From the NCBI GenBank assembly GCA_951406725.2, contig OX597817.1, positions 61,628,001 to 61,692,000 on the forward strand: 64,000 bases of DNA, written 5' to 3'. This DNA is from Octopus vulgaris (taxonomy: Eukaryota). A program made the translations under genes and the position numbers. Below are positions 62,195 to 64,000 of the stretch, in pieces; position 1 is the stretch's first letter; every line of letters starts with the position of its first letter. The notes under the pieces are model-generated. The model did not search any database and was not told the origin of the DNA. It saw only the letters and a program-made list of their open reading frames with translations.

Positions 62195-62480
62195 TAACCA
62201 TCCAGTTTTGGGTTCAGTCCCACTGCACAACACCTTGGGCAAGTGTCTTCTGCTATCAATCAATGCTTTGTGAGTTAATAAGGTTGACAGAAACTGTGTG
62301 GAATCCTAGCCTATGTGTGTCTTTGTTGTGTCTCCCCTACCCCTGCCTGACAACTAGCTTTGGTTTGTTTGTATCCCTTGTAACTTAGTGGTTTGGCAAG
62401 AGTAACTGATAGAATAAGTATCAGACTTATTGATCCTCGTAAACCCTTCAAGGCAGTGCTCCAGCATGGCTGAAGTCCAC
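62195..62480 (+). mobile_element. Head-1 SINE with CR1-like tail
   Basis: GGGTTCAGTCCCACTGC...CCTTCAAGGCAGTGCTCCAGCATGGC. Confidence 0.78.
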
Positions 62481-63254
62481 TGCTATAACTGGGATTATTT
62501 TTGTTGGAGAAGCTGTTTTTCCCCCCAAAAATGAAATTTCGAGTCTTGAACCCATCAGTTTGTCTGCCTCGTGGTGTTCCAACTTAATATCCTGCTGTGA
62601 CGTTGCTCTTTGCATTCCTATAGCAACGGCATCAGTATTGGTCTCTGCTTTCTTCTTAAACAACAGGGATGCTGTGAAGAAGGACAACCTGCATCCATGG
62701 CCAATGGCTGGGCTTCCATGAAATCCTTGTCTGGGATTGGTTTCAGGCCCATGGTTCCATGAGACATACACAGCACCCTTTCCTCAGATGTTTCTATAGC
62801 TAAATGTTGTTCATAGTCTTAAGTATACCCAGCCATGAAATATGGAGTGTCAGGATGATCATAACAAGTAGAGTTGCATCTTCTGGGCCTGGACTTCAAC
62901 AGTGTCTGTAATAGAGTTTCAAGTGGTTCCACTTCTAAATGTTTCTCTTCTTGTATTGTTTTACCTCTTACAATGGTTTTTCCAAAAGTTTCAATCAATA
63001 CTCTTCTCTTCTGATTAATCCTTAGATTAATCAATCAATCTGTTAAGTTTGACCAAGTCCTTTCGTTGCAGACCCGGAGAAGAGGAGGAGGAAGACATGT
63101 CATTGATGAAGTCAGAAATTGCAATGAAAGCACTTTCACACGTCTCACTGATCTTCTTTTATTTTATTTGTCCATTACATTGTTACACTTGTGATTTCTT
63201 TGTCAGATTCATAGAAAATAATGATGATTGTTAGCATTGGTCCAGGGTCACAGT

Positions 63255-63450
63255 ATTTCTTTTTGGCACGGGGCGAATAGTAGCCAGTTACATTGACTGC
63301 CCGCCCCCCCCAATTCATAGCTGGTACTTGATTTTATTGATTCTGAGAGGGTGACAAGTAAGATCAACCTTGACAGAATTAGAACTCTAAATGTAAAAGA
63401 AAGCAACTGAAGAAAATACCACAGAGTATTTTCTCCACCACACTTCTGAT
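63255..63450 (-). mobile_element. Degenerate head-2 SINE
   Basis: CTGGTACTTGATTTTATTGA...CAGAATTAGAACTC matches the reverse complement of the head-2 core. Confidence 0.55.
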
Positions 63451-64000
63451 TCTTTCAGTAATAATGATAATAATAATTTCTTTAATAAGGGCTTAAAAAC
63501 AGATCAAGGATTGTACAAGATGATACAATAGGATATGGCATGTGGCTCTACGAAGCCCTATTAACAGTAAAATAACAAAAACAAAGAAACAAAAATTCAA
63601 ACCAGAAAATTCCTCAAAAAGTGGGAGACCTCTAAGGGCTGCCTGTGAAAGCTGTACAAATCCCATTTACTCTGACCACTAAGGCAAGTACCCTCTCCCT
63701 CATCACCCTCTCTCAATCTATAGGCACACATACTCAGAGCAGGCCCATTTGTCTGGACCATTCTTGCTACTGTCACCCATCTCTCAACAAGTTTATTAGA
63801 AGGCACTATTTTCCTTTCTATCTTCCTTTTCCACTTCAAGTCGAAGCTGTCCTCCTTCAGCCCTTTCTATATTAATAATAATTTTTGTTTTTCCTTTTTT
63901 ATTGCAGAAGTACTTTCACCGTTTGTAGTGGCTTACGATGACATTATCAAGGGACCTGTGGCAACATTTATTGCCCTCTCTTCCAAGATTAATGGCAATG

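Noticed and set aside
62520-63160. Possible Penelope remnant and TTGATGA...GAAA motif
   Set aside because: No convincing stems and only vague protein similarity.

Overview
Eukaryotic, AT-rich, microsatellite-dense genomic DNA with no prokaryotic features. The repeat families point to an octopus (cephalopod) genome; this is inferred from recognition, not from a search. Most of the window is interspersed repeats: two tRNA-headed SINE groups, RTE LINE copies (one 2.8 kb copy with RT), CR1-like, Tx1/L1-like, R4/Dong-like and Penelope remnants, a near full-length dead mariner, and piggyBac/hAT-type MITEs. Nearly all ORF-track entries are spurious. The host-gene signal is on the + strand. An exon at 28132-28690 encodes the RLE-motif N-terminus typical of cyclase-associated protein (CAP/Srv2), preceded by a Cys-rich 142-aa extension. 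Two further ATG-initiated exon candidates follow (46898-46994, Tyr-rich; 49361-49745, N-myristoylation motif plus Tyr motifs). All three can end in phase-1 GT donors, suggesting alternative first exons for a shared CAP body lying beyond the window. Other notable items are hammerhead-ribozyme-like motifs (one in the sense strand of the putative intron, others in foldback elements) and three SINE tails that match the 3' ends of three different LINE clades present in the window. Repeat boundaries are approximate and read by eye.
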